Source: Histomonas meleagridis 2922-C6/04-290x
Lineage: Eukaryota > Protista > Parabasalia
Assembly: GCA_020184695.1 (NCBI GenBank)
Contig: JAANOX010000048.1
Span: 1 to 64,000, forward strand
DNA length: 64,000 bases
Reading direction: 5' to 3'
Shown here one piece after another: positions 1 to 10,444 of the stretch. The position numbers and the translations under genes are program-made. The notes under the pieces are model-generated. The model was not told the origin of the DNA, did not search any database, and was given only the letters and a program-made list of their open reading frames with translations. How positions within the stretch are numbered: the first letter of the stretch is position 1; each line of letters starts with the position of its first letter.

Positions 1-517
1 GAGTACCCAAGCTTGGCACACAGATCTCCACTATCTGGAAAAACTTCCAGAAGAAAATTTCATACAAAAATACTTAATCGCTTTTATTGATGACAGGAGT
101 AGAAAGATTATCCATTATTAGATACTTGATCAAAAAACAAGTATCTTCGCAATGAATGCTCTTGCAAATGCGTTTCAGAAGGAAAGCTATTTTAAAATCA
201 TGATAATGGATAATGGAACTGAGTTCCAAGGTCCCTTCGAAGAACTTCTCCATAGGAACAATGTGGAAATAAAGAAGACTCTTCCTTATACACCACAACA
301 AAATGGAAAGATCGAACGGTGGTGGGATACCATCGAAAGGAAATAGACTCAACCACTTAGAGGTGAGTACCTTGATTGGTTAGTTGATCAGCACAACACC
401 AAGTGGGAGCAAAGCTCGCTTAAGGTTCTTACTGGTCAAAGGACCACACCGCAAGAAGCATTCCAAAGCATGACCAGGTACTCAGGTCAGCAAGATGCAA
501 ACTTCATTTGCAGTTAA
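1..517 (+). pseudogene. 3' part of a disrupted IS481EU-like DDE (rve) transposase
   Basis: Frame from nt 2 reads QAWHTDLHY...FIDDRSR..HY*IL...IMDNGTEFQG...PYTPQQNGKIERWWDTIERK*TQPL...TPQEAFQSMTRYSGQQDA and ends at TAA 515-517. It has in-frame TAG at 119-121 and 344-346 and is colinear with the intact transposase at 29876-30787. The 5' end lies outside the window. Confidence 0.85.
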
Positions 518-550
518 TAAAAACTGAAATGATATTTTTTTGAGGGCTTT

Positions 551-723
551 CGCCGAGCTTTGTAATGAAAGCTTGGTGGTCGATGCAATCGATCAGATTG
601 CATCAACACACTGGTTGACTGTTTGTGTGTTGACTGTTAACTGTTGAATAATTGCTTTTGAGTTTTGGTCCGACCACAACCGTAACCATTTGTGGTCGTT
701 CATTTTGCGAGCGCCAAGGGCGC
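551..723 (+). other. Cluster of five GC-rich hairpins downstream of the transposase stop
   Basis: Stems: 551-561/568-578 (with G-U pairs), GATGCAATC 582-590/596-604, CAACACAC 604-611/625-632, CGACCACAA 671-679/690-698, GCGCC 711-715/719-723. Confidence 0.7.
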
Positions 724-795
724 GAGCGGTTTTGATCGGTGTGCATTGAAAAACGAAGTTGTGGTGCCCCATTCTTGCCTTATTCTTTTCGATTG

Positions 796-1407
796 ATGTG
801 TATATCATTCAAAAAGTGGAGTGTCAAAAAGTGCGGATTTTTATTTATTAGAAAAAATGCTAAAAATAAGTTCGTCAAGAAAAACACGAAAGTCATTCCA
901 GAAATAACAAAGCCAATCAAAGTCGCTTTCCTTGGCTATTCAGCAGTAGGGTGCCAAAGCTTAATGGTACGTATCATAAATAATACATTCAACCAAGAAT
1001 ACGAACCTAGTTACGATTGCACTTATAATAAAACTATCACACTTTACAGCAAACAATATCAATTGACGCTTTTCAACACTTTCGGCATGGAACCAATGAA
1101 TAGTCGCCCACCTTCCTTTTATCTAGATAAAGATTGTTTTGTCTTTGTTTACGACGTCATTTATAAGCAGTCATTTGAATACATAAATGAAATGCACCAT
1201 CACATTTCACAAATACGGGATAGCAAACAATTCCCATGTATCATATGCGGAAATAAAATTGACATGAAAAATGAACGTGTCATTTCGAGTGAAGAAGGAA
1301 AAGCCCTTGCAGAAAGACTTGGTGCACAATTTTTAGAAATATCTGTTAAAACAGGCGAAGGTGTTCAAGACCTTCTTGAAATGTGCATAAAAATATTTGC
1401 GATTTAA
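796..1407 (+). CDS. Ras-family small GTPase-like protein (degenerate G1/G3)
   Basis: KVAFLGYSAVGCQSL (G1 Lys missing), YEPS, LFNTFG (DTAG equivalent), GNKID, EISVK. First in-frame ATG at 796. Confidence 0.8.
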   Translation: MCISFKKWSVKKCGFLFIRKNAKNKFVKKNTKVIPEITKPIKVAFLGYSAVGCQSLMVRIINNTFNQEYEPSYDCTYNKTITLYSKQYQLTLFNTFGMEPMNSRPPSFYLDKDCFVFVYDVIYKQSFEYINEMHHHISQIRDSKQFPCIICGNKIDMKNERVISSEEGKALAERLGAQFLEISVKTGEGVQDLLEMCIKIFAI

Positions 1408-1816
1408 GAAATAAGTGTTAAATTCTTTTTTGCCTATTGTGATGACTTAAATTGAAAAAGTATAGATTGAATTCAAATAAATCATTTCTATGGACATCTT
1501 ATCTTAATTGTTTTTTTTTGTTATTTAAAACAACAAATTAAGTTATACTTTACTGAATGAAAAATTGTTTGATTATTAATTTTTTTTTACATTCATTTTA
1601 ATGAAAATTTCAATTACTAACACAATTTTTTAATGTTGAATTCAAATGTATTTCTTTTACATAAGTTCTTAATATATTGATGAAAACCTTTTTTGCATTG
1701 TTCCTCCCATTTACCACTAGAGATTATTTAACGATAGAAAAGTGGAAATTTCAGCAGGTGAATTGAACCAGAAAATTCTGAGAAACCGAATTTATAACAG
1801 AAAATGTGAATGTAAA

Positions 1817-1821
1817 TCATT
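1817..1821 (+). promoter_or_regulatory. Parabasalid-type initiator (Inr) TCATT upstream of the formin ATG
   Basis: TCATT 11-15 nt upstream of ATG 1832 matches the trichomonad Inr consensus TCA(C/T)(T/A). Confidence 0.5.
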
Positions 1822-1831
1822 TCACCAGAAA

Positions 1832-4546
1832 ATGATATTAAATCGAAGTGTAAAGGAATATACCGAAAAAGATTTTGAACCTTTTATAACAAACACATTA
1901 CCTAATGAAATGCCTGGAGATGAAACTGTTAATTGGATGGCATTCGATTTATTTCGTGATTTGAATTTTGTTGGTGCCAAACTAAATTCGTACCAGCAAA
2001 AGCCTCCAAATGAAAAATGGGCTTTTGTTGTTGAACAGCAAAATCGCGATCAAAAAATTCCCTCACCAGAATCATTATTAAAAGCTCTTCGACGTAAAGT
2101 TACTGAAGACCTTATTGTGATACTTTTAGACCAACTTAAGTCTAATAGAACAAGCTGGATTCAACGATTTTTCAATTGTGGAGGTCATTCATTTATTTTT
2201 TCAATCATTTCACAAATTTCATCACGTATCACAACAGCTGAAGGGATAACACATCAGGAAGGAAAAATTTTACTTTCTCTTTTAGATTGTTTTTATGAAA
2301 TATGTAACACTAAAATTGGTCTTGAGAAAGTATTTCCCTTTTATGACTCCCTTGATACCATTATTAATTGCATACATACACATATTCCTCAGACATTTGA
2401 TGCCGTTTTCAAAATTTGCATTGCTTATCTTTATTGTGATGTTGATCCTAAACAAGAAGGAATAATTCTCCGAATTATCTTTGATTCATTCCGTCGTCTT
2501 AAACGCGAACGACATGGTTGGAAAAATATTACATATTTTGTTAATAATGATCCTCGACCTGAATTTTTAGGATCATTATTATGTTTCATCAAAGGTATTT
2601 ATCACAAGCTTAAAGGAAATCCTGATAGTGATCGATATCTTTCATTTCAATATGATTGGCTTTTAGAGCTTGATAAATCAGGACTTATACTTTCACTTAA
2701 ATCATGTCCAAACGCATCACTTAATTCAATTGCGCGTGAATTTGAAACAATAATTCGTGATTGCACGCAAATTTTCCCTGATGGTCTTAACTTGTTTAAT
2801 CATAAAACGGTTAGTAAGGCACTTTTGCTCAATTCGAATCCACAATTTTTATATCAAAGCATACACCTTGGATTATTAGATTTATCTGTGCGACACAAAG
2901 AATACTTTCAAAAGCTTTTAACATTCTTCTTTAATACTGTTAATATTTCAAGAATTTATGCAGCGTCATCACCCAATGACATCAGTAAATGTAAACTTGC
3001 AATTGAAAAAGCAGTAAAACTTGAGAAGCCAATACATTTAAACATAGTTCCTGGTAATAATTCTGTTCTAATAAGTTTAGCAAAGCAAATGTATTCTATT
3101 GAAGATGATATCCGAACACAATCATTTGATGAAATGATAGATGAAACAGAAGATGAAAAGACAATTGAGAACGAAAAGTATAAAGAAATAATATCGAAAC
3201 ATAAAAACAAAATCAAATTATTAAAAGAAAAAATTGCAACAATTGAAAATGCTTGTAGAGATATTACAAAAGAAAACGAAGAATTAAAATCAAAATTAAA
3301 CAAAACGAATATTGATAATATAAGTCAAACAGATGAATCAACTTCGAATATTAGTGAAGAAACTATAAGTTATTCGATTAATGAAAAGCCGAATTTAAGT
3401 CCCAAAAAACCTTTACGAAATATATATTGGAAGAAGATTCCAAATGATTCAATTAAAAACACAATTTGGGAATCAATTAATCAAATAAATGTTGAATTAA
3501 ATGAGGAAAAATTAACAGAAATATTTGATGAGAATCCATCATCAACAAATAAAAAGATTGAAATATTGGATAAAAATAGATCAGAAGAAATTATACTTAT
3601 GTTGTCTCGATTAAGGAAAACGATTTCACAAATTAAAAACACAATTTCTCATTTGGATAATAATTTTACATCAGAAGAAATTTTACTTTTAAGGAATAAT
3701 TTACCAACAGCAAATGAAATCCAATCAGTTTCTACATATAACGGAGGATTTCCATTACTTGGCAAAGCTGAACAATTTGTATTAAAGTTAAGTACAATTA
3801 AAATGCTTTATCAAAGTGTTGATTTTCTATATTTAAGAAGTATTTTTGTAAAGCAAAATAAAGAAATCAAAAAACAATTCCAAATTCTTATTAATGCATT
3901 AACTTATTTAATCGAATCAAAAATCGTTCAACAACTTCTTGCGTTATTACTTAAAATTGGTAATATTTGTAATGGCGGAACACCACTTGGAGGTGCATAT
4001 GGTTTTAATCTTGATTTCATTAATCAAATTAATGAAATTAAGACACAAATCAATGGATATGATTTAATTCATTTCGTTGTTGAACAATTTAAATTCGTCG
4101 AAGAATTTTGTAATGAAATGGCAATAGTTAAAAAGGCTTTAAATGTTAATTATGATAACATTAAGAAATCGTATAAACAATTAATAAAAATTTATAATAA
4201 CGTTAAAGAATCAATGCCAGAAGCCGAGAAATTGTTCATTAAAAAGAAATATAAACATTGTTTATACCCACAGTTCATTGAGTTTCAAAAGAAAAACGAA
4301 AATGATATCAACGAATTAATGAAAATGTTTAAGAAAATTAAACAATTACATAACGTTTTGGCATTGTCTTTCGGAGAAAATATTAAAACACTTTCAATGA
4401 ATTCAATATTCGAAGCTTTCGCGAAAATGGAATTCGAAATAAAAAGAACAAAATTGGAAATGGATAAAAAGAATGATGAATCTTCTGAACTAAGTCAGAC
4501 AAATATCGGCGTGCTCGATAATATTTTGGCTAAAATCCAGAAGTAA
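1832..4546 (+). CDS. Formin (GBD/FH3, coiled coil, FH2; no FH1)
   Basis: N-terminal Drf-GBD-like EKWAFV and helical FH3 region. FH2 motifs PLRNIYWKKI, LLKIGNICNGG, GAYGFNLDFINQINEIKT. First ATG at 1832, with Inr. Confidence 0.88.
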   Translation: MILNRSVKEYTEKDFEPFITNTLPNEMPGDETVNWMAFDLFRDLNFVGAKLNSYQQKPPNEKWAFVVEQQNRDQKIPSPESLLKALRRKVTEDLIVILLDQLKSNRTSWIQRFFNCGGHSFIFSIISQISSRITTAEGITHQEGKILLSLLDCFYEICNTKIGLEKVFPFYDSLDTIINCIHTHIPQTFDAVFKICIAYLYCDVDPKQEGIILRIIFDSFRRLKRERHGWKNITYFVNNDPRPEFLGSLLCFIKGIYHKLKGNPDSDRYLSFQYDWLLELDKSGLILSLKSCPNASLNSIAREFETIIRDCTQIFPDGLNLFNHKTVSKALLLNSNPQFLYQSIHLGLLDLSVRHKEYFQKLLTFFFNTVNISRIYAASSPNDISKCKLAIEKAVKLEKPIHLNIVPGNNSVLISLAKQMYSIEDDIRTQSFDEMIDETEDEKTIENEKYKEIISKHKNKIKLLKEKIATIENACRDITKENEELKSKLNKTNIDNISQTDESTSNISEETISYSINEKPNLSPKKPLRNIYWKKIPNDSIKNTIWESINQINVELNEEKLTEIFDENPSSTNKKIEILDKNRSEEIILMLSRLRKTISQIKNTISHLDNNFTSEEILLLRNNLPTANEIQSVSTYNGGFPLLGKAEQFVLKLSTIKMLYQSVDFLYLRSIFVKQNKEIKKQFQILINALTYLIESKIVQQLLALLLKIGNICNGGTPLGGAYGFNLDFINQINEIKTQINGYDLIHFVVEQFKFVEEFCNEMAIVKKALNVNYDNIKKSYKQLIKIYNNVKESMPEAEKLFIKKKYKHCLYPQFIEFQKKNENDINELMKMFKKIKQLHNVLALSFGENIKTLSMNSIFEAFAKMEFEIKRTKLEMDKKNDESSELSQTNIGVLDNILAKIQK

Positions 4547-4754
4547 AAACTCATTAAGTTTTTTGTTTTGTTGATTGTTACTTAAAATGAATTTTATGAG
4601 GAAATATGTGTGAATTCACACCTAAAAATGTATATCGAAACTTTTATTGACGTAAAAATGAGTTAAATCTTAATTTATTTTCGTATTCTATCTTTGGCTG
4701 TGCATATTTTTTTATGCTCATATTATAAGTTCAAAAAAAGAAATAAATATTTGA

Positions 4755-4912
4755 GAAGGAATTGATATAAATGCTAAAGATATTTATTTTTTTATTTAAA
4801 ATTTATTTTAATAATTTAATATTTCAAAATAATATTTGGAAATTATTTAAATTATTTGGAACAGCGCTTGCATACGCAAATAGGAGAGGTTACAACGAAA
4901 TCGTTAAATTGG
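4755..4912 (+). pseudogene. Ankyrin-repeat fragment interrupted by an AT-rich insert
   Basis: EGIDINAKDI (4755-4784) is followed by ~67 nt of AT-rich sequence with stops, then GTALAYANRRGYNEIVKL in another frame. Confidence 0.65.
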
Positions 4913-5714
4913 GGAAAAAAATTTGTAACTTTTTCCTAATTTGTTACATTATTTGCTAATTTTTCATAAGGACTATCCTTAATAATCTCTTTTTTCAAAA
5001 GTGTTTCAATATAATTGAAGTCAGCCTGTATCACGATTGTTATTCTCTCAAAGTATTGTATACAAACGAAACTGGAAAATCAACATTAGAAATTTTGTAT
5101 AAATTACAAAATAAACCATTCAATAAATATTAATCATAAAACATATTTATCTCAGCAAAAAGCTAATAATTTATAAATTCTTTATTTGATATTTAAATAT
5201 ATATATATTAAATAAAAATGTAAAATAAACTGCTTCCAGAAAGTCACAGTGACCATTAGACCATAAACAACGAATATAAATTGGTTATTTCCTCCACCAT
5301 TTTTACAGACTCGATTTGATAGTATAACTTCTCCTTAAGCCAAGGAAACTTTCGTTCTTAAGCTCAAAACAGAGATTTCCTGCAATCTCAAAACTAAATG
5401 GTATTTAAATGAGTCAATCCGAACCTCAAAAAAAGAATAAAAATATCTTATAAATTTCAAGCTTTTATTTCATTATACTTAGTTTATGTATTCACAAATA
5501 AAAATGATATGAAATTATAAAATAATTATAGAGAATTGTTACAATGTTTTTCAAAGATTGCATAACGTTCGCCAACATATCACTTTTCATAAAGTATAGA
5601 ATTTTCCAAAAAATTCATTTGAAACTCAAATGAATTTTTAAACTATAAGTTTAAAGTTTATTTTGAAAATTGAAATAGTTTGAAATCAAACACCACAAAA
5701 CCAAAAAATCTAAA

Positions 5715-6691
5715 ATGATAAATCAAAGGGAAGAAAAAAAGACGAAACAAATAATTCACAACAAATGGGAATTCCTTGTATTCATTAAACAAATAATTTT
5801 CAATTTGAATGAAGACAATATTATTCAATCGTTTAATTCTTTAATCACTAAATTTGATGGAAACCATTTTTACTCATTTAACCTTGTTATTAGTCAAATT
5901 ATATATCTACTTTTTAGTATGCGAGTAAATTATTATGAAATTTATTTTGATTTTATAAAAAAAATTGAACAATATGAAGAGAATAACAACAAGCCTAAAA
6001 TTTTAGAAGTATTTACAAGTTTTCTTTTGTATGAACACAAATATAATCAAGAAACATTTTATATTCTTGAGTATTTGATTGAAAATAATTTCATTGAATC
6101 AAAAATTGCTAAAGATATAGACGTTCCATATTTTATCATTATATGACTGAAGAAGAAATTAATGAATTAGAAAAAGATAATTATTTAGAGTAAATCAAAG
6201 AAAATTATGATAAACTCTCAAAGAATGATTGGGAACTTCATAAACAATTCATTAAAGAAGGAGATAATACATTTGGAATTGCAGAAATAATCCGGAATGA
6301 TGATGTTGAAAAACTTCAAAAAATTTCATCACAAAATGATTTTGATTTTAATCAAATCATTAAACCATCAATTTATGAAAGATGTGATTTTATTAATCTA
6401 TGGAATGTTTCATTAATTGATTATTTTTTTCTTCAGTTAAATGTTTTAAATATTTAATGAATGAATGATGCAAATGTAAAATATACAGGTAAATATGCAA
6501 TTGCAGGTGGAAATGTAGAAATCATTCATTTATGTGAACAAAATCATGCATCATTTGATAAAGCATATGAAACAGCAATTGAAATTCATTTTAATAATTT
6601 TATATTTCAAAATAATATTTGGAAATTATTTAAATTTTTTAAAACAGCACTTGATTTAGCAACTCAAAACAAACACAAAGACATTAAATAA
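5715..6691 (+). pseudogene. DUF3447/ankyrin-type gene remnant (frameshifts, stops)
   Basis: Broken frame gives ...AEIIRNDDVEKLQ...FDFNQIIKPSIYERC...VKCFKYLM..KYAIAGGNVEIIHLCEQ...TAL. This is typical of the expanded parabasalid ankyrin/DUF3447 family. Frameshift near 6140, stop near 6190, further shifts near 6430-6460. Confidence 0.75.
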
Positions 6692-6777
6692 AGCACTGTA
6701 TTATTAATAAATGCTTTCATTTGCCAACTCAAATATTACATAAACATAAAATTTCTCATCAATCAAAACGTTTGTCT

Positions 6778-7370
6778 TTATTTCTTGAGAATATCGTGTT
6801 ACTTAAGATATTCGTAGAATTTGAAGAAGATATTTGTACTTCTCAATACATTCTCCACATGCTGTAGATCCGGTATTAATTTGTTGTGCGCCAATACGGC
6901 AATATCAGCGATCTATGATTTACTTCTATGTTTTGTCCGTCGTCAAGTTCATGAGCTTCACCGCATACATAACATCTCAGATAGTACAGATTTGGTTTAC
7001 CTTAAGTCGCAACGCGTTGCAATATTTTCCTTAGATTGTCTTTGGGTTTGATGCGTATAGGTCATCACCGACGAGTTGCACCTTTTTGACGAGTGTTGCG
7101 TTGAGTTCTTTCCAATGTATATAGTCATTTTCATGAAGACCATCGATTGAGACAATGGATGAGTGCTTCGCTATGAGGTTAGCCCAGTATTAGATCATTT
7201 CGTCGCCGGCTTCTTGACAACTATCTCCACTTCGTAGAGTTTAGTTTCTTCGTAAGAGAACTCATACGCTGCGGATATCCTTAGAAGGCGTCTTTGATCA
7301 CAAGACATGGCGCGAAGCCTCCTTCATCGCTGAGGTTCTTTGCGGTGGTGTCCATTTTCTGTGCCAAAAA
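6778..7370 (-). pseudogene. ENO: Enolase pseudogene, C-terminal half
   Basis: Minus strand pieces: TTAKNLSDEGGFAP, IVSIDGLHENDY, KVQLVGDDLYASNP, LKVNQI, QIYEYLK*HDILKK*. Many stops, frameshifts and deletions. Confidence 0.8.
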
Positions 7371-7669
7371 TTTGTGTTCTGCATTTATGTACGTAAAAGT
7401 TTTATGTGTATATATTTTTATAATAAAAACCCATTGAGATCAAATGCTTTTATAATGTTCGGACTGCGCATATTATAACATTGAATTCAAAATCCTGTGA
7501 GATATTTTACACAAAAGCATTAACAAAAGCGCAATTTCAAACGAGTAAATACAATTATTCTCCATCCCAAACTTTTTCAAACATAAAATTTTACATCAAC
7601 TAGAATGTTTATCTTTATTTAAAGGACATGTTGCGTTATTAAAGATATTCTTGGATTAACATCATTTAC

Positions 7670-7800
7670 TTCACAAGAACCTGTGGAGCGGATGTTCGGC
7701 CAGCAATCATAACAGCACCTAGGTAGTTGATATAAACGTCGGTTTCGACTGTTGGGTTAAGATGATTGATTGTTTTTTTGGCGGAGCTTTAGCTTTGAGA
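7670..7800 (-). pseudogene. ENO: Enolase pseudogene, N-terminal fragment
   Basis: Minus strand NPTVETDVYINYLGAVMIAGRTSAP, followed by a deleted/frameshifted SGASTG-equivalent. Matches the enolase NPTVEVD...PSGASTG region. Confidence 0.62.
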
Positions 7801-8085
7801 AGATGTGAGAGGGTTACCAATTGGATCTAATCTTTCACCAATTTGGGTCCTTCATTCTGCGATAGCTTGAGCAAGAGCAGATATGAAAAAAAGTGAAGTA
7901 ATCAGAACTTTTTTTGATTGGAATATTGTCACTTTTCAATTTAACCTTTAAATTTTATGACTGAAGAAGAAAAAGAGCATTTCACTTATGATCTCATTTA
8001 TTTTGCTTATTATATAAAAATATTAATACAAAATTAGAACAAATTTATACATTTTATATTAAAGAAAACAAATGAAATAAATTCA

Positions 8086-8733
8086 TCAATGTGCTTGCAG
8101 TCGATCTGACAAAATTGTCCAAAACTCATGATTTGGAGGAATTATATCAGTTAACGGAATTGACAAATTAGAGAAATTTGTTGTTGGAGCAGATTTAGCA
8201 AATGATGCCGAAAGAATTTTGTCATGCATTGTGTATTTGTTCAATTCATCAACAGCAACTTTCGCATCCTCAACAGTATCAAAGTCAATAAATGAAAATT
8301 CATGGTGAAAAGAGATATGACGAATAAATCCCAATGGAGCAGCAAGGAAATAAATGTCTCGTTCTGTTATTGTACGCTGATCATATCCAGTAAGATATAT
8401 ACGCTTACACGGTGGATAGTTTACAATGGTTTTGGTCGAAAGTTGTGCTGTAATAACATAATTTCGAAATGTAAAATTATTGAAATGTTCAACAAATAAT
8501 TGCGCATCTGCATTTGTTTGAAATCTTACGAAACCATATTTGTCATAAAGTTTAATTGATTGTATGTTTGAAAATCCTTCCTTTTCAAACAAATCTTTGA
8601 TTGTTTCTGCATTGCCAAAAAGCGGTTTGAAATATGCTTGAATAAGGTAAGTTGTTTTTGTAGGATAATTTTGTGAATTTGTTTCCTGGTGTGAATTATC
8701 AGAATTTGATTTTTCTGTTTCTTCCTCAGACAT
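8086..8733 (-). CDS. Two-RRM RNA-binding protein
   Basis: RNP1-like KYGFVRF and FSFIDFDTVEDAKVAV in two RRM domains. ATG at 8733. Confidence 0.8.
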   Translation of the reverse strand: MSEEETEKSNSDNSHQETNSQNYPTKTTYLIQAYFKPLFGNAETIKDLFEKEGFSNIQSIKLYDKYGFVRFQTNADAQLFVEHFNNFTFRNYVITAQLSTKTIVNYPPCKRIYLTGYDQRTITERDIYFLAAPLGFIRHISFHHEFSFIDFDTVEDAKVAVDELNKYTMHDKILSASFAKSAPTTNFSNLSIPLTDIIPPNHEFWTILSDRLQAH

Positions 8734-8934
8734 TTTGAAATTGACCAACTCTGTTCGTTCCGAAATAAACGGCTACCCATTTATTCGTATTAATTTTGAT
8801 CGCCTTTATGTGAGGTGAATTTTACAACAGTAACGTGCAACCAGCACTCACTTTTTCAACGAGAATTTTGGTGGAAAAAAATATTCCTTTTTATTCAAAA
8901 TAAACTTATTTATATAAAATATGAAGTGCATATC

Positions 8935-9234
8935 CTATAGGCCTGTTTCGTTTTTGTGCTCCTTTTCTTTTTGCTTTTGAATTAGATCATCCCAAGTTCT
9001 CGAAACATGACTATGTTTGACTGGATCATTTGAAATAGCTTTAAGAACATCATCTGGCGTTATTTTTGATGGGTTAGGTGCTCCACGATGGGCTGTTTGT
9101 GCTAATTGTGTTATATAATATTCTATTGCACCCAATGTTGCGTCAATTGTTTGTTCGTACTGTTCAGTGTCACCACCACAAGCATAAAGTAGTTGCGAAA
9201 CCAGTTCCCTCATTGCATCTTTTTTTGGTGGCAT
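8935..9234 (-). CDS. TAF13: TAF13/SPT3-type histone-fold protein (TFIID 18 kDa)
   Basis: LLYACGGD...TIDATLGAIEYYITQL...ITPDDVLKAISNDPVKHSHV resembles the TAF13 pattern MYGFGD...SV..LE..V..FI...V.VEDI.F.IRKDP.K..RV. 99 aa. Confidence 0.7.
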   Translation of the reverse strand: MPPKKDAMRELVSQLLYACGGDTEQYEQTIDATLGAIEYYITQLAQTAHRGAPNPSKITPDDVLKAISNDPVKHSHVSRTWDDLIQKQKEKEHKNETGL

Positions 9235-9279
9235 TAAAAACCTTGGAATATTTTGAGAAAGTTTGTCAGCACCGCGAAA

Positions 9280-9975
9280 ATGAACACGCCAAACTTACTT
9301 CTTTTCCATAGAAATAAATACGAAAATCTTTGTGTTGAGTCTTCAGTTCTTCTTCTTGTTGATAATCATCAGTATCAAGAAGCACTTCAAGTTTTACAAT
9401 CAACTCGACTTGATACAAGTCCAGATTTACTTTATTGTGCTGCTTCATGTTATTTTGCTCTAAATCAAATTCATAGATCACTTGAAATTACTTGCCTTGC
9501 AGAAGAACGAGGTTGGTTACTTCCAAAAATTTTAATTCTAAAAAGTCGATGCTTATGTAAAATTGGTGAATACGAAGCAGCATATGCAACATTACAAAGT
9601 GCATACGGGATTCAACCAAGCAAGGAAATACAAGAATTTATTATCCGTGTTAAAAGTCATTTTCAAAAAGATTTATCTAAATTACCTGTATTTGACATTA
9701 GCAACATCGAGCATAACGCCTCTCAAGATTTAGCTAATGTTTACATCCAATTTTATATTCAAGGTATTGAAGAAAATGATATATCAGTAGAGTTCGACGA
9801 AAAAGAAATAAGAATTTTGTTAACAAGAGAAACGTTTTCATTCATAAAAATCAAATTACAAAAAAAAATTATTCCAAAAGATTCATCTTTTATTCTAACC
9901 AAAGAATCCATCAACCTTTCGTTGAAAAAAGAAGAAGAAACTGACTGGGATATACTCGAGTGTGTTGAAGTGTGA
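9280..9975 (+). CDS. TPR + CS domain protein (SGT1-like co-chaperone, no SGS domain)
   Basis: About three TPR-like helical repeats, then the CS domain (NASQDLANVYIQFY...ISVEFDEKEI...KKIIPKDSSF...LSLKK...W). First ATG at 9280. Confidence 0.68.
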   Translation: MNTPNLLLFHRNKYENLCVESSVLLLVDNHQYQEALQVLQSTRLDTSPDLLYCAASCYFALNQIHRSLEITCLAEERGWLLPKILILKSRCLCKIGEYEAAYATLQSAYGIQPSKEIQEFIIRVKSHFQKDLSKLPVFDISNIEHNASQDLANVYIQFYIQGIEENDISVEFDEKEIRILLTRETFSFIKIKLQKKIIPKDSSFILTKESINLSLKKEEETDWDILECVEV

Positions 9976-10444
9976 TTTTTATATGTGCAAATATATATTA
10001 CCAAAATTTTGTTGATTGTAAACTATAAAATATAATTATACTTCATAAATCCAACACTTTTTCTTGAATAACGTTTCCATTTTTTAGATTTATGATAAAA
10101 ATTTAATTCTGCCATTTCTTCTTTTTTTGATTAAAACAGGTTTTAGCCAATTATTCATGGTGTGCTTATTTTTGGTGTCTTTAAGAGTAGTTCAATCTAA
10201 GAAAGAAGAATCACTGAAATATATGCCATAGCAAATCTATGACAAAAATTTGGGCTCTCATTTTTTTGAACAGTGTTCCAAGGTTTTAGTGAAAAAGTGA
10301 ATATTTTTTTCAGAAAAAATTTGGCCACCATTATCCCTTACACCATTAACGCTATCAAAAAGTTCATCGAACCACTCAAACGAACATTACAGTTATTTTT
10401 GATTCAATTTTGTGGTTTCTGGTTGTCAAAATTAGTCTGTGCAA

